From NCBI GenBank assembly GCA_044226015.1, contig JBGAHS010000004.1:256001-320000 (forward strand): 64,000 bases of DNA, read 5' to 3'. The notes below the pieces were generated by a model. That model was not told where the DNA came from. It made no database searches and worked only from the letters and a program-made list of their open reading frames with translations. The DNA is from Candidatus Obscuribacteraceae bacterium. Its GTDB lineage: Bacteria; Cyanobacteriota; Vampirovibrionia; Obscuribacterales; Obscuribacteraceae. Positions 7,828-16,299 of the stretch are shown here, piece by piece (the stretch's first letter is position 1; every line of letters begins with the position of its first letter). The translations under genes and the position numbers were made by a program.

Positions 7828-8802
7828 ATGCAACCTCGACCGAGTGACAAAATCGCCAAACTCTATCGCAGTTGCGCATGGTTGCTTCTTTCGATCTCTG
7901 TCATTTCCATTTGTTCAGTGCTTTGGTTGTTCATCGTGCCGGTGACCATCGGAAGAATTCGTTTCTCGAATCAATTGGTTACCGATTGTCTTTTCAATCT
8001 CTCGATTTCGTCGCTTTGGATTTTTGGCATCACGGTGGTCATCCTGCTGCCGGGAAAGTTGAAATGGTTCGGCTTGCCTATATTCCTGGCCGCGTTTTGC
8101 ACTCTTCCATTTGTATTACTGGCACTAATTCATCCGTTTAGCTCTGATCTGGAGTACACGACAGGTAAAGTCGCTGCGGGCCAAATACAGTTTGTTAATT
8201 ATCGATCTTGTGACAAACATGGTCATTTCTCGCACAGCATAGTTCAAGAACAGGAGATATTGCCTGGCGTGCTCTGGAGTCGGCTGATCAAGCACTTTGA
8301 GCAAGGCGTGGCTGTCTATCTTTTGACTGCCGATAGCACAAAGCTAACACTTGCGACTGATGTCGGTAGATGTACATCAAGTATTGAGATCACCCTCTCC
8401 AATCTACTTGAACGTCGTTTAGGCACAACCGTGTTCTCTGGTGGACAAATCTCCACAGCTGCGCCAGTGTATGCCCAGAAAGGTTCTGTCGTTTTTGCTA
8501 AAAGTGGGTCGACTGTTTACGCAAAGAGGGAGTGCGTTGTTCATGCCGAACAAGGTTCCCTTGTGAAACAAGAAGAGTTCAACAGCAAAGCTCCAAAGGA
8601 TGACTCAATTGTTAGCGGCGAAAATATCGTCTACGCAAAGGAGAAGTCTACTGTTTACGCCACAAATGGCTCAACTGTGTATGGCTGGAGCGGATCTAGT
8701 ATTATTGCTGAGAACAATTCCCTTGTACACGCTGAACCGGGCAGCATAGTTCTTCCTGGAGGTCCAAACGACTCCAAAAACTATGGACCGTTTAGTCAGT
8801 AA
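7828..8802 (+). CDS. Hypothetical membrane protein with C-terminal 8-residue repeats
   Basis: Three hydrophobic N-terminal segments followed by repeated (S)TVYAxxGS units. Confidence 0.6.
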   Translation: MQPRPSDKIAKLYRSCAWLLLSISVISICSVLWLFIVPVTIGRIRFSNQLVTDCLFNLSISSLWIFGITVVILLPGKLKWFGLPIFLAAFCTLPFVLLALIHPFSSDLEYTTGKVAAGQIQFVNYRSCDKHGHFSHSIVQEQEILPGVLWSRLIKHFEQGVAVYLLTADSTKLTLATDVGRCTSSIEITLSNLLERRLGTTVFSGGQISTAAPVYAQKGSVVFAKSGSTVYAKRECVVHAEQGSLVKQEEFNSKAPKDDSIVSGENIVYAKEKSTVYATNGSTVYGWSGSSIIAENNSLVHAEPGSIVLPGGPNDSKNYGPFSQ

Positions 8803-9017
8803 AATGCAGCGCTGGATAGCTCAGAACTCACCGACTCTACAAGATGATTCGCCATGGCTGGAAAAGCGATTATTCAAGCCACGTTTTCGAGAAACACAGT
8901 TTGAGAAGCCTTGAAAATTTGGCGGGACCAACTCCGGGGTCAGTTTCCCAGCCGGCGCCTCACATAACCCTTGCCAGCTGGCTGGCTCAGTTCCCGCACG
9001 TCTAGTAAGATGACCGT

Positions 9018-9974
9018 ATGACTCCAATGCGACTTACATTCCTTTTGATCACTTGCATTCTCTGTATGCCGGTTGCGTCAGCTGAGCTTTCCGGCGAGGA
9101 ATTCGACCGGGCAATTCATAACTTTATGGCTAATGGGAACAAACGAAAAGCACGAGTTCTGTGCCACCGCGCACTGACTGTGTACCCTGACGATTTCAAC
9201 CTGAATCAGCTAATGCTAAGCCTTTACAGGGATAAGGGAGATCTGCTTTCATCTATCAGGCAGGCAAAGCGTTGCTTGGAACTCCAACCCGAGGATGCTG
9301 CAATTAATACATACGTTGCACTCTGGAGCCTTATGATCTTGGATGGCAATTACATTGAGGCCAAAAAATATATCAATCAAGCCATTGCCTGTAACGACGA
9401 AGAGTCAAGCGAGAAGGTCAGGGAACTGCGCAAGTGCTACTTTCTGTCAAAGTTAGCTATCACTGCTTACAAGCAAGAAAATACAGCCGAGGCACTTTTG
9501 ATGTTTGAGAAAGTTATCCAGAATAAAGAGCATGATGATTTAGATGTATTGGCTCACGGAGATATTCTTTTGCGCAATGGCAAGGTCCAGGAGGCTCAGG
9601 CTGACTTTCAGCGTACTGTTTCTGAGAGCAACAGCTGGATTGGCCGACTGTACCTCGGCTCATCAGAGTTGCTGCTGGGGCACAAAAGGGAAGCGCAGGG
9701 CTGTTTCAAGCAAATAATCGCTGCGGATTTTCCAAACGTTGGCTTGTATTGCTCTGAGAAGTTTATGCGCTCGAAGGCTAAGCAGGGTCTTAGCTTGACG
9801 AGGAAGTCAAAAACTACTACCAGAGCGATTTCCAAATTGCTTGGTAAACCGCTCTGGTATCTTGAATATCCCTGGCCCGGCAAAATTATCTGTGGACCCG
9901 GCTTGGCACAAAAGAGGGAGCCACTTGAAGAACAAGACCCTGAAGAGCTTCCAGAAAAACAAAAAAGACCCTAA
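9018..9974 (+). CDS. Secreted TPR-like protein
   Basis: Signal-peptide-like N-terminus and helical repeats such as GNYIEAKKYINQAI and GKVQEAQADFQR. Confidence 0.65.
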   Translation: MTPMRLTFLLITCILCMPVASAELSGEEFDRAIHNFMANGNKRKARVLCHRALTVYPDDFNLNQLMLSLYRDKGDLLSSIRQAKRCLELQPEDAAINTYVALWSLMILDGNYIEAKKYINQAIACNDEESSEKVRELRKCYFLSKLAITAYKQENTAEALLMFEKVIQNKEHDDLDVLAHGDILLRNGKVQEAQADFQRTVSESNSWIGRLYLGSSELLLGHKREAQGCFKQIIAADFPNVGLYCSEKFMRSKAKQGLSLTRKSKTTTRAISKLLGKPLWYLEYPWPGKIICGPGLAQKREPLEEQDPEELPEKQKRP

Positions 9975-10323
9975 CCACACTCATCCCAAGAAACCATTGC
10001 CACCAGATGCGCTTCTTTTGTAGCACTTCTTCCTTTTTTGCCTTCAGCTGCGCAAGTTCCGCTCCCGTTCCGCAAGCACAATCATAGCTGCTCCAAGCGC
10101 CGAGAAGCCCAGATGGAGTCTGCTGAGCATTTGCAAGTACTATTGCGATTCCTGATATTTCGTCATTCGGCATAGTCGCCCTAACCGAGGGGCAAAATAT
10201 CTGGCACCGAGACACAGACTGTTCGCCAACCGAGCCTATCTCAGTTAAGAGTTATAACCACCATTCGGCATAATTTATATGAACGAGCCAAGGAGGCCCG
10301 GATTATTACCCAATGCCGAGTTG

Positions 10324-11562
10324 TTATTGATCAATGTCAAAGGACCAGAGACGGCCAGCGGCTGGCAGAGTATCTGCGAGCTCTTTATCTGCTTTAGCTA
10401 AGTCAGGTTGTTCTTGGGCCTCATAGACTCTTGCTCTCCAGAGATAGGGCTCTTTCCTTTTGATCGACAAAAGGGAGATCGCCTTGTTGAGATCATCCAA
10501 AGCTTTCTCGGTCTGTCCGAGATTCAGCTCGGCAAGTCCTCTGCCAGCGTAGACCCTGCCTGCGCGAAAATCACCAGCCATAGGGTGTAAGGAATTCTCG
10601 CTAAGCAAATACTTCAATGCCACAGAATAGTCGGCAATAGCATCATTGTATTTCCTAAGTTTCATGTAGAGGCGAGCACGATTCTCGTGTCCAGTCGTCG
10701 CAGCTTGGTCTACGGTCAAGCTAATCACTTCAGAATAGTCTTGAATGGCTTTCTTGTATTGTTTGGACTCGGAATGCAAATGACCCTGCGTACTCCACAT
10801 GTTGGAGTCGTTTGGATAAAGTTGCAAGAATCTCGAACTTGCTTTTAGTGCAGCCGGAAAATCTTCTGGCGGGATCATGTTCTTTTTTACCGCATTCATC
10901 AACTGCTCATCTTCGGAAAGCGATAATTCAACAGTCGAGAATTGCTTTAGTCCCTTAGATTTTGCTTCGGCAGTGGCCTTATCATCTAATGCTTTTTCTT
11001 CTGGCGAGTCTACCCACTCATCAGTCTCGCTGTATCCTGGTTTCTTTGGAAAGAAAAAGCTCGTTCCTCCTGTTTGCCGATATTTTGTGACTTTATCATT
11101 TGAAAATGCAAATTGCAGTGACGATGGATGATGGCTCATTGGATAGTAAATAAAGTAGGAAGCATAGCTGTGAAAAGAGCTTCCTGGTTCCGGATGTCCC
11201 AAAAGTGCGTACAGCTCTTTTCTACTCATACCAATCAATTTGTAATTAGCCAATAGGTCACCAATCATATCTTTCTTGGTAGCAAGGTGACTTGGGTCGT
11301 GCTTCCATCGGATCGGATCGAATTTGTTCTTTTTCTTCGATTTTGTTGCTTTTGCGGGGGAAACTCTTTTCGTTTCTGTTGCTACTGGTTCGCAAGTGTC
11401 AAGTAAGAGAACTTCTTTCTTGGCTTGCTGCTGCTGGCCCAGTGCGGACGCTGGATTGACAAGGGCTAAGGTAAGCGAACAGAGAACGAGCTTGTTTCGG
11501 CTAAAGACCAATTTCGTTAGAGTTGCCGTGCCAAGCCTGGACAATTTCCACACAGGAATCAC
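10324..11562 (-). CDS. Secreted TPR protein
   Basis: Signal-like N-terminus and C-terminal TPRs (KQYKKAIQDYSEVI, GQTEKALDDLNKAI). Confidence 0.7.
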   Translation of the reverse strand: MIPVWKLSRLGTATLTKLVFSRNKLVLCSLTLALVNPASALGQQQQAKKEVLLLDTCEPVATETKRVSPAKATKSKKKNKFDPIRWKHDPSHLATKKDMIGDLLANYKLIGMSRKELYALLGHPEPGSSFHSYASYFIYYPMSHHPSSLQFAFSNDKVTKYRQTGGTSFFFPKKPGYSETDEWVDSPEEKALDDKATAEAKSKGLKQFSTVELSLSEDEQLMNAVKKNMIPPEDFPAALKASSRFLQLYPNDSNMWSTQGHLHSESKQYKKAIQDYSEVISLTVDQAATTGHENRARLYMKLRKYNDAIADYSVALKYLLSENSLHPMAGDFRAGRVYAGRGLAELNLGQTEKALDDLNKAISLLSIKRKEPYLWRARVYEAQEQPDLAKADKELADTLPAAGRLWSFDIDQ

Positions 11563-11651
11563 TCCAAAGCATATTTCAGTTCCTCAAGATTACATCATAC
11601 CGTAAGTCGCTTGGTATGTAATTTCCTGATAGGTCCGTGGAGGGAATTCTT

Positions 11652-12893
11652 ATGTCGCTTTGGTTGTTTTTTTCAGATCAGGAGACGATCTCGCGGTTTC
11701 ATTTGCATCCATTAGGCAAGTACATGGATGAATATGCGCAGTGGCTTTATCAGAGAGGCTATTCCAGGGATCACGCTCGTTGCAAATTGAGAACTGTGGC
11801 ACGGTGGAGTCCATGGTTAAAAAGGTATGGAATCGCAGCCAGCCAGCTAACTCAGGAGCATTTAGCAAAGTATTTGAAAATGAAAGTGAGAAAGACACCG
11901 CCGCTTAGAAGAGAGGATGGGGTGAATCTGAAACAATTCCTCGATTTCTTGCAAGAGAAGGGCGTTATTCAGATCAGGGAACACCGAGAAAGAACGGCCG
12001 TGGATGAGTTCGTTGCTGAATTTGCATCATATCTGGCAACTGAGCGGGCATTGTCGCAATCAACAATCGAGCAATACACAGCGCATGCAATGAAATTTTT
12101 AGAGGAAAATTTTAACGACCGATCTGTGGATTTTTCCACAATAGACAGCGCTGGTGTCTCTAAATACGTTCAAAGAACAGCAAGCATGAGATCGAAAAAA
12201 AATGCAAAATTGATGTGCACAGCTTTGCGTGCGTTGTTTCGATATGCCAGACATCAGGGGCTTTTGATGACTCAACTTGATGCTGCAGTGCCCAGCGTAG
12301 CTAATTGGAGGCTTGCTTCCATACCATATTCTCTGCCAGCAGAATCAGTAAAAGGAATTGTGTCCAGTTGCAACCGCGGAACTAGTATTGGAAAACGCGA
12401 CTATGCAATTATTCTTCTCCTGGTGCGCCTGGGTTTAAGGGCAGGCGAGATCATCACGCTAAACCTAGATGATATTGATTGGAGGTCAGGAATCATCACG
12501 ATCCACGGAAAAGGCAGTCACCGCTCGCAGATGCCTCTTCCTCCTGATGTTGGTGAGGCGCTGGCAGCTTACCTTCAGTTCGGGCGCCCCAAGAGTTCAA
12601 ACAGGAAAGTTTTCCTGAGTTCGCAAGCACCCATTCGCGCATTCAATAGATCTGGAGCGGTCACTTTTCTGGTAAACCGCGCGATTAAACGCTCAGGTAT
12701 CAGTGGCGCAAAATCCGGCGCTCATCAATTTCGACACTCGATTGCGACAAATTTACTTAGTGGTGGCGCATCACTTTCTGAAATTGCAGAGCTGCTTCGC
12801 CATCGCACAATAGACTGCACAACAATTTACGCGAAAGTCGATCTGCCATCGCTTCGAACACTTGCACTTCCTTGGCCAGGAGGTGAGAAATGA
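11652..12893 (+). CDS. ritA: RIT tyrosine recombinase A
   Basis: RDYAIILLLVRLGLRAGE, HGKG, AHQFRHS, LLRH, TTIYAKVD and the LALPWPGG C-terminus. Confidence 0.85.
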   Translation: MSLWLFFSDQETISRFHLHPLGKYMDEYAQWLYQRGYSRDHARCKLRTVARWSPWLKRYGIAASQLTQEHLAKYLKMKVRKTPPLRREDGVNLKQFLDFLQEKGVIQIREHRERTAVDEFVAEFASYLATERALSQSTIEQYTAHAMKFLEENFNDRSVDFSTIDSAGVSKYVQRTASMRSKKNAKLMCTALRALFRYARHQGLLMTQLDAAVPSVANWRLASIPYSLPAESVKGIVSSCNRGTSIGKRDYAIILLLVRLGLRAGEIITLNLDDIDWRSGIITIHGKGSHRSQMPLPPDVGEALAAYLQFGRPKSSNRKVFLSSQAPIRAFNRSGAVTFLVNRAIKRSGISGAKSGAHQFRHSIATNLLSGGASLSEIAELLRHRTIDCTTIYAKVDLPSLRTLALPWPGGEK

Positions 12894-14194
12894 AAACCTT
12901 GAGACAATCACTGAAAGAGTATTTGGCTGAGAGGCGAGAAGAAGGATACAAACTCCACTCTGCCGGTTACGGTCTCTTGCGATTCGTAACATTCATGGAG
13001 CAGCGGAAATGTTCTTACATTACAACAGCTCTGGCTTTAGAGTGGGCGAAACAAGGCTCCAAAGCAAAGAATCAAGAGTATGCACGTGCCCAGTGCTTAG
13101 GTTTTGTTCGAGAGTTTGCAAAATACCTCTCAGCAAAAGACGGGCGAACGGAAATTCCACCATTTGGTCTATTGCCGCATCCAGCACGCAAAGTCAAAAG
13201 TGTAGCGAAGCCAAAAGAGAACCGTTTGGAACAGGCTGAGCCGAATAGCACTATACGGGAAGCGATAATCGAATACCTCAAACTGCGGCGCGCTTTGGGA
13301 TTTAAGTTGCATCTTGCCGGTAAAATGTTGCTTCGATTTGCATCGTTTATGGAATCCAATAATGCCGAATATGTAACCGTCAAACTTGCAATGGAATGGG
13401 CGCAGCAACCAGCGAATTCCAAGACTTCTACCTGGGCGCAACATTTAGGTTATGTCAGAGATTTCGCGAAATTTAGAATCGCTGCTGATTCAAGAACAGA
13501 GATTCCGCCGTGGAGCTTGCTTCCATATTCTTGTAAGAGGATGCAGCCACACTTGTATTCAGAAGAAGAAGAGATACAAGCATTGCTTTGTGCTACGCAG
13601 AATCTTCCTGCTTGGAGTGCAGCCGGCATTCTAAGACGGCACACGTACTACTGTCTCTTTGGTTTGTTAAGCGTGACAGGAGTGCGCATCAGCGAAGCAA
13701 TCAATTTGAACCTTGCCGACATTGATTTTGAAGCCGGAGTTTTGACAGTGAAACAAAGTAAGTTTGGGAAGTCGCGGCTTGTTCCGGTCCATGCCACCAC
13801 CGTTGACGTTCTAAGAAACTATAACGAAGTTCGGACTAAGTACCTCATTTGCCGAGGAGTGCACTCTGAATATTTTTTCGTGACGCACTCAGGCGGAAAG
13901 CTTGATGGCGGTGATATACGCCGGAAGTTCTATTCAATGTCCAAACATGTTGGCTTGCGCGGAGAAGGAAAAAATGTCGGACCGCGAATTCATGATTTTC
14001 GCCATGGATTTGCAGTTCGAACAATCTTGCAATGGTATCGAAGCGGTGCCGATGTTGAGAAAAAACTTCCTCTGCTTTCCACATATCTCGGTCATACAAA
14101 AGTCAAAGACACGTATTGGTACTTAAGCGCAACTCCAGAGTTGATGGGCACGGCCGTCAAACTGCTTGAGAGTCGCTGGGGAGAAACACTATGA
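12890..14194 (+). CDS. ritB: RIT tyrosine recombinase B with a duplicated N-terminal domain
   Basis: TGVRISEA, SKFGKSRLVP, HDFRHGFAV, LSTYLGH and TYWYL. The ...RTEIPP unit occurs twice. Confidence 0.85.
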   Translation: MKTLRQSLKEYLAERREEGYKLHSAGYGLLRFVTFMEQRKCSYITTALALEWAKQGSKAKNQEYARAQCLGFVREFAKYLSAKDGRTEIPPFGLLPHPARKVKSVAKPKENRLEQAEPNSTIREAIIEYLKLRRALGFKLHLAGKMLLRFASFMESNNAEYVTVKLAMEWAQQPANSKTSTWAQHLGYVRDFAKFRIAADSRTEIPPWSLLPYSCKRMQPHLYSEEEEIQALLCATQNLPAWSAAGILRRHTYYCLFGLLSVTGVRISEAINLNLADIDFEAGVLTVKQSKFGKSRLVPVHATTVDVLRNYNEVRTKYLICRGVHSEYFFVTHSGGKLDGGDIRRKFYSMSKHVGLRGEGKNVGPRIHDFRHGFAVRTILQWYRSGADVEKKLPLLSTYLGHTKVKDTYWYLSATPELMGTAVKLLESRWGETL

Positions 14195-14583
14195 AAAAGA
14201 AACCTGATCCAAACCTGGCATTCTTGCTTGAAAAATTCTTTCTGGAGCGGCTTCTAAAGCAGCGGAGCGCCAGCCTTCACACAATCAAATCATATCGAGA
14301 CAGCTTCAGATTGCTATTGCAGTTTGCGCAGCAACGACTAGGTAAAGCTCCTTCTTCGATGGAATTTTGCGAGATCGATGCACCACTGATTTCGGCATTT
14401 TTGGAAAAACTAGAGCAGGACCGGAGACACTTCTTCCTGAGTCAAGAAATTGATAATGCGTTTCTCAAATCGTTTTCCTGGAATAGCCAAAACTCTCTGG
14501 ATCTGCAACGAGTGCGAGGGGACTTCCAGCGCAGCATATTTGAAGAATGACTTGATTGCAGTAAGGCGAAGATTTCGGCTGCG
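14191..14583 (+). pseudogene. ritC: RIT recombinase C, truncated, with its next segment inverted
   Basis: Plus strand reads MKKKPDPNL...SLHTIKSYRDSFRLLL...LEQDR to ~14424. The continuation RSRNLRLTAIKSFFKY...FLTQEEV is on the minus strand at 14583-14425. Confidence 0.8.
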
Positions 14584-14593
14584 CGATGCAAGT

Positions 14594-15160
14594 ATGGCCA
14601 TCGTAGCAATCATTGTCGGAACATTCGTGTTCCTTCTCACCGGAGCACTTATCGGCGACGCAACGCACGACGCAGGAGCGGGCGTAGTGCCCGGACTAGT
14701 GCTCGGAGTCCTCGCCGCAATTCCAATTTTCAAAGCCGCATGCGAAGAGCGCGCGAAATTTCTCCATCCTCAACCGCGAGAATACAGGGTTCCAGCAAAA
14801 ATCGCATTCGCTAAAATCCGCGATATTCTCGCCGAAATCTCATACAACTATGGCGACAAGTGGCACGTCGTAACGGCGGATACACAGACTGGCAGAATCA
14901 CAGCAAATCTTCGCTTCATTGACGAATTCACAAGATTCGAAGGCGATGCGCGCGGACAGATCCACACCCGAAAGGAACGCTTACAGCGCTTTCTGGCAGT
15001 GGAGATTCATGTACAACCGACGGAAAGAAGCACCACATTGATCCAAATGCATTTCGCGCCGACTGTCGAGGGCGTCAATTATGCCGCGTACGACTCGATC
15101 ATTACGTCGCTAACTGCGCAAATCGAATCGTCGCTCGGCACGCGACTCTCAAAGGATTGA
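14594..15160 (+). CDS. Hypothetical membrane protein (5' end possibly lost)
   Basis: Two hydrophobic segments followed by a soluble domain. It begins right after the inverted RitC piece. Confidence 0.55.
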   Translation: MAIVAIIVGTFVFLLTGALIGDATHDAGAGVVPGLVLGVLAAIPIFKAACEERAKFLHPQPREYRVPAKIAFAKIRDILAEISYNYGDKWHVVTADTQTGRITANLRFIDEFTRFEGDARGQIHTRKERLQRFLAVEIHVQPTERSTTLIQMHFAPTVEGVNYAAYDSIITSLTAQIESSLGTRLSKD

Positions 15161-15197
15161 CTCGCAAGAGTCGTTGCTACAAGCTCGGTTCCTTACA

Positions 15198-16103
15198 TCA
15201 CGATTGAGGGGGCAAGCTTTGGTCCTTTTTCAATGCGGAGAACCGCTGATCGCCTGGGTTCGATTTCTTCGCTTCTTCCCTTAGTCGCGCTTCATAGCGC
15301 TCCAAATCGCTTGCTGATTTGGTTGCGCGTAGGTATTCACCGGTCTTAACTGCCCAACCCACACAGCTGCCGAAGAGCTCAGCATCGATGGGCTGATTTC
15401 TCAGATCGAACGATCCTGGCATTCGGATCTGCGGACGATTTTGCGAAGGAGGATTGACGTACGTAAGGAGCACGCCGTTAGCGAATTTTCCGAAAATTGC
15501 AATCTCATTTTTCTTGCCCTTGCTGCTGGTGTTCATCAGGACGGAGAAATCTAGAGTGCCTAGAAACCATGCATAGATCCCTTGCTTTAGCTGCAAGTCG
15601 TACTGCATCTTCAGCGCTGCGATCTGTCGGTCAATTTCTTGTTCGTCATACAGATGAATGTGATGCTGGTAATTGCCTGGCTGATTCGATTTGTTTGCAA
15701 GAAAGAGACGCCACGTCGAACAGGCTTCCTGCAACATGCGCTTAGCTTTCACTGAACGAATTAAGCCATCATCCAAGGCTACTAGCGAAACTCGCCAGGC
15801 CAGCGAGGCGGCAAACTGTAACAGCCACTTGTCGTAGGATATGGCCGCAGTCGTTTGGTTGAGAAAAGGTTGCCATATCTCCTTACAGAATTTATCCTCA
15901 TATCCGCCGATGACAGTGTTGTCGCAATCAGCACACATCAACCTCCTTCGATGCGCTTGCTGCGCGAAAGCTTGATCCGGCGCGTGCGATATGAACTGAG
16001 TCGCAAAGGTCTGCTTCCTCGACGCTCTGACCGCAAAATTAGGCATGATGTGCCCATCAACCAATGGCTTCTGGAAGTGGCACAATTTGCAGATCTCAAC
16101 CAT
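15198..16103 (-). CDS. Hypothetical protein with an N-terminal Zn-binding, HNH-like module
   Basis: CKLC...GHIMP...LMCADCDN...YE pattern. Confidence 0.55.
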   Translation of the reverse strand: MVEICKLCHFQKPLVDGHIMPNFAVRASRKQTFATQFISHAPDQAFAQQAHRRRLMCADCDNTVIGGYEDKFCKEIWQPFLNQTTAAISYDKWLLQFAASLAWRVSLVALDDGLIRSVKAKRMLQEACSTWRLFLANKSNQPGNYQHHIHLYDEQEIDRQIAALKMQYDLQLKQGIYAWFLGTLDFSVLMNTSSKGKKNEIAIFGKFANGVLLTYVNPPSQNRPQIRMPGSFDLRNQPIDAELFGSCVGWAVKTGEYLRATKSASDLERYEARLREEAKKSNPGDQRFSALKKDQSLPPQS

Positions 16104-16240
16104 AAGTATTCATTTCCCGATAATGCAGCTCTGAGCATTCCCCCACACCTGCAGTTGGTTAAGCAACCGCAGCGGAAACTTCCAGTTCACGACCAAATTC
16201 CCGGCGAGGAACCTCAAGAATAGCATGCGGCTGTCAAGGG

Positions 16241-16269
16241 TTGTATCGTGACACGCTACACGCTACAGT
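16241..16269 (+). promoter_or_regulatory. Promoter with an operator palindrome in front of the HigA-fusion gene
   Basis: TTGTAT-N17-TACAGT, overlapped by the palindrome TGTATCGTG-A-CACGCTACA (16242-16260). Confidence 0.6.
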
Positions 16270-16299
16270 TCTTGTGGACGAAAGAAATCAGGAATCGCC

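Larger units (their letters stand above)
11595..14583 (+). mobile_element. RIT (recombinase-in-trio) element, truncated at its 3' end
   Basis: Three tandem tyrosine recombinase genes with ATGA overlaps. A terminal-repeat-like palindrome TCATACCG-N9-TGGTATGT lies at 11595-11619. Confidence 0.8.

Noticed and set aside
10250..10322. RIT-like terminal repeat (CGGCATAA / AATGCCG)
   Set aside because: Only half-sites with the wrong spacing are present, and they are not adjacent to the recombinase genes.
14450..14733. ORFs 14450-15160 (5' part) and 14410-14733 as real genes
   Set aside because: They are chimeric frames created by the RitC inversion junction.
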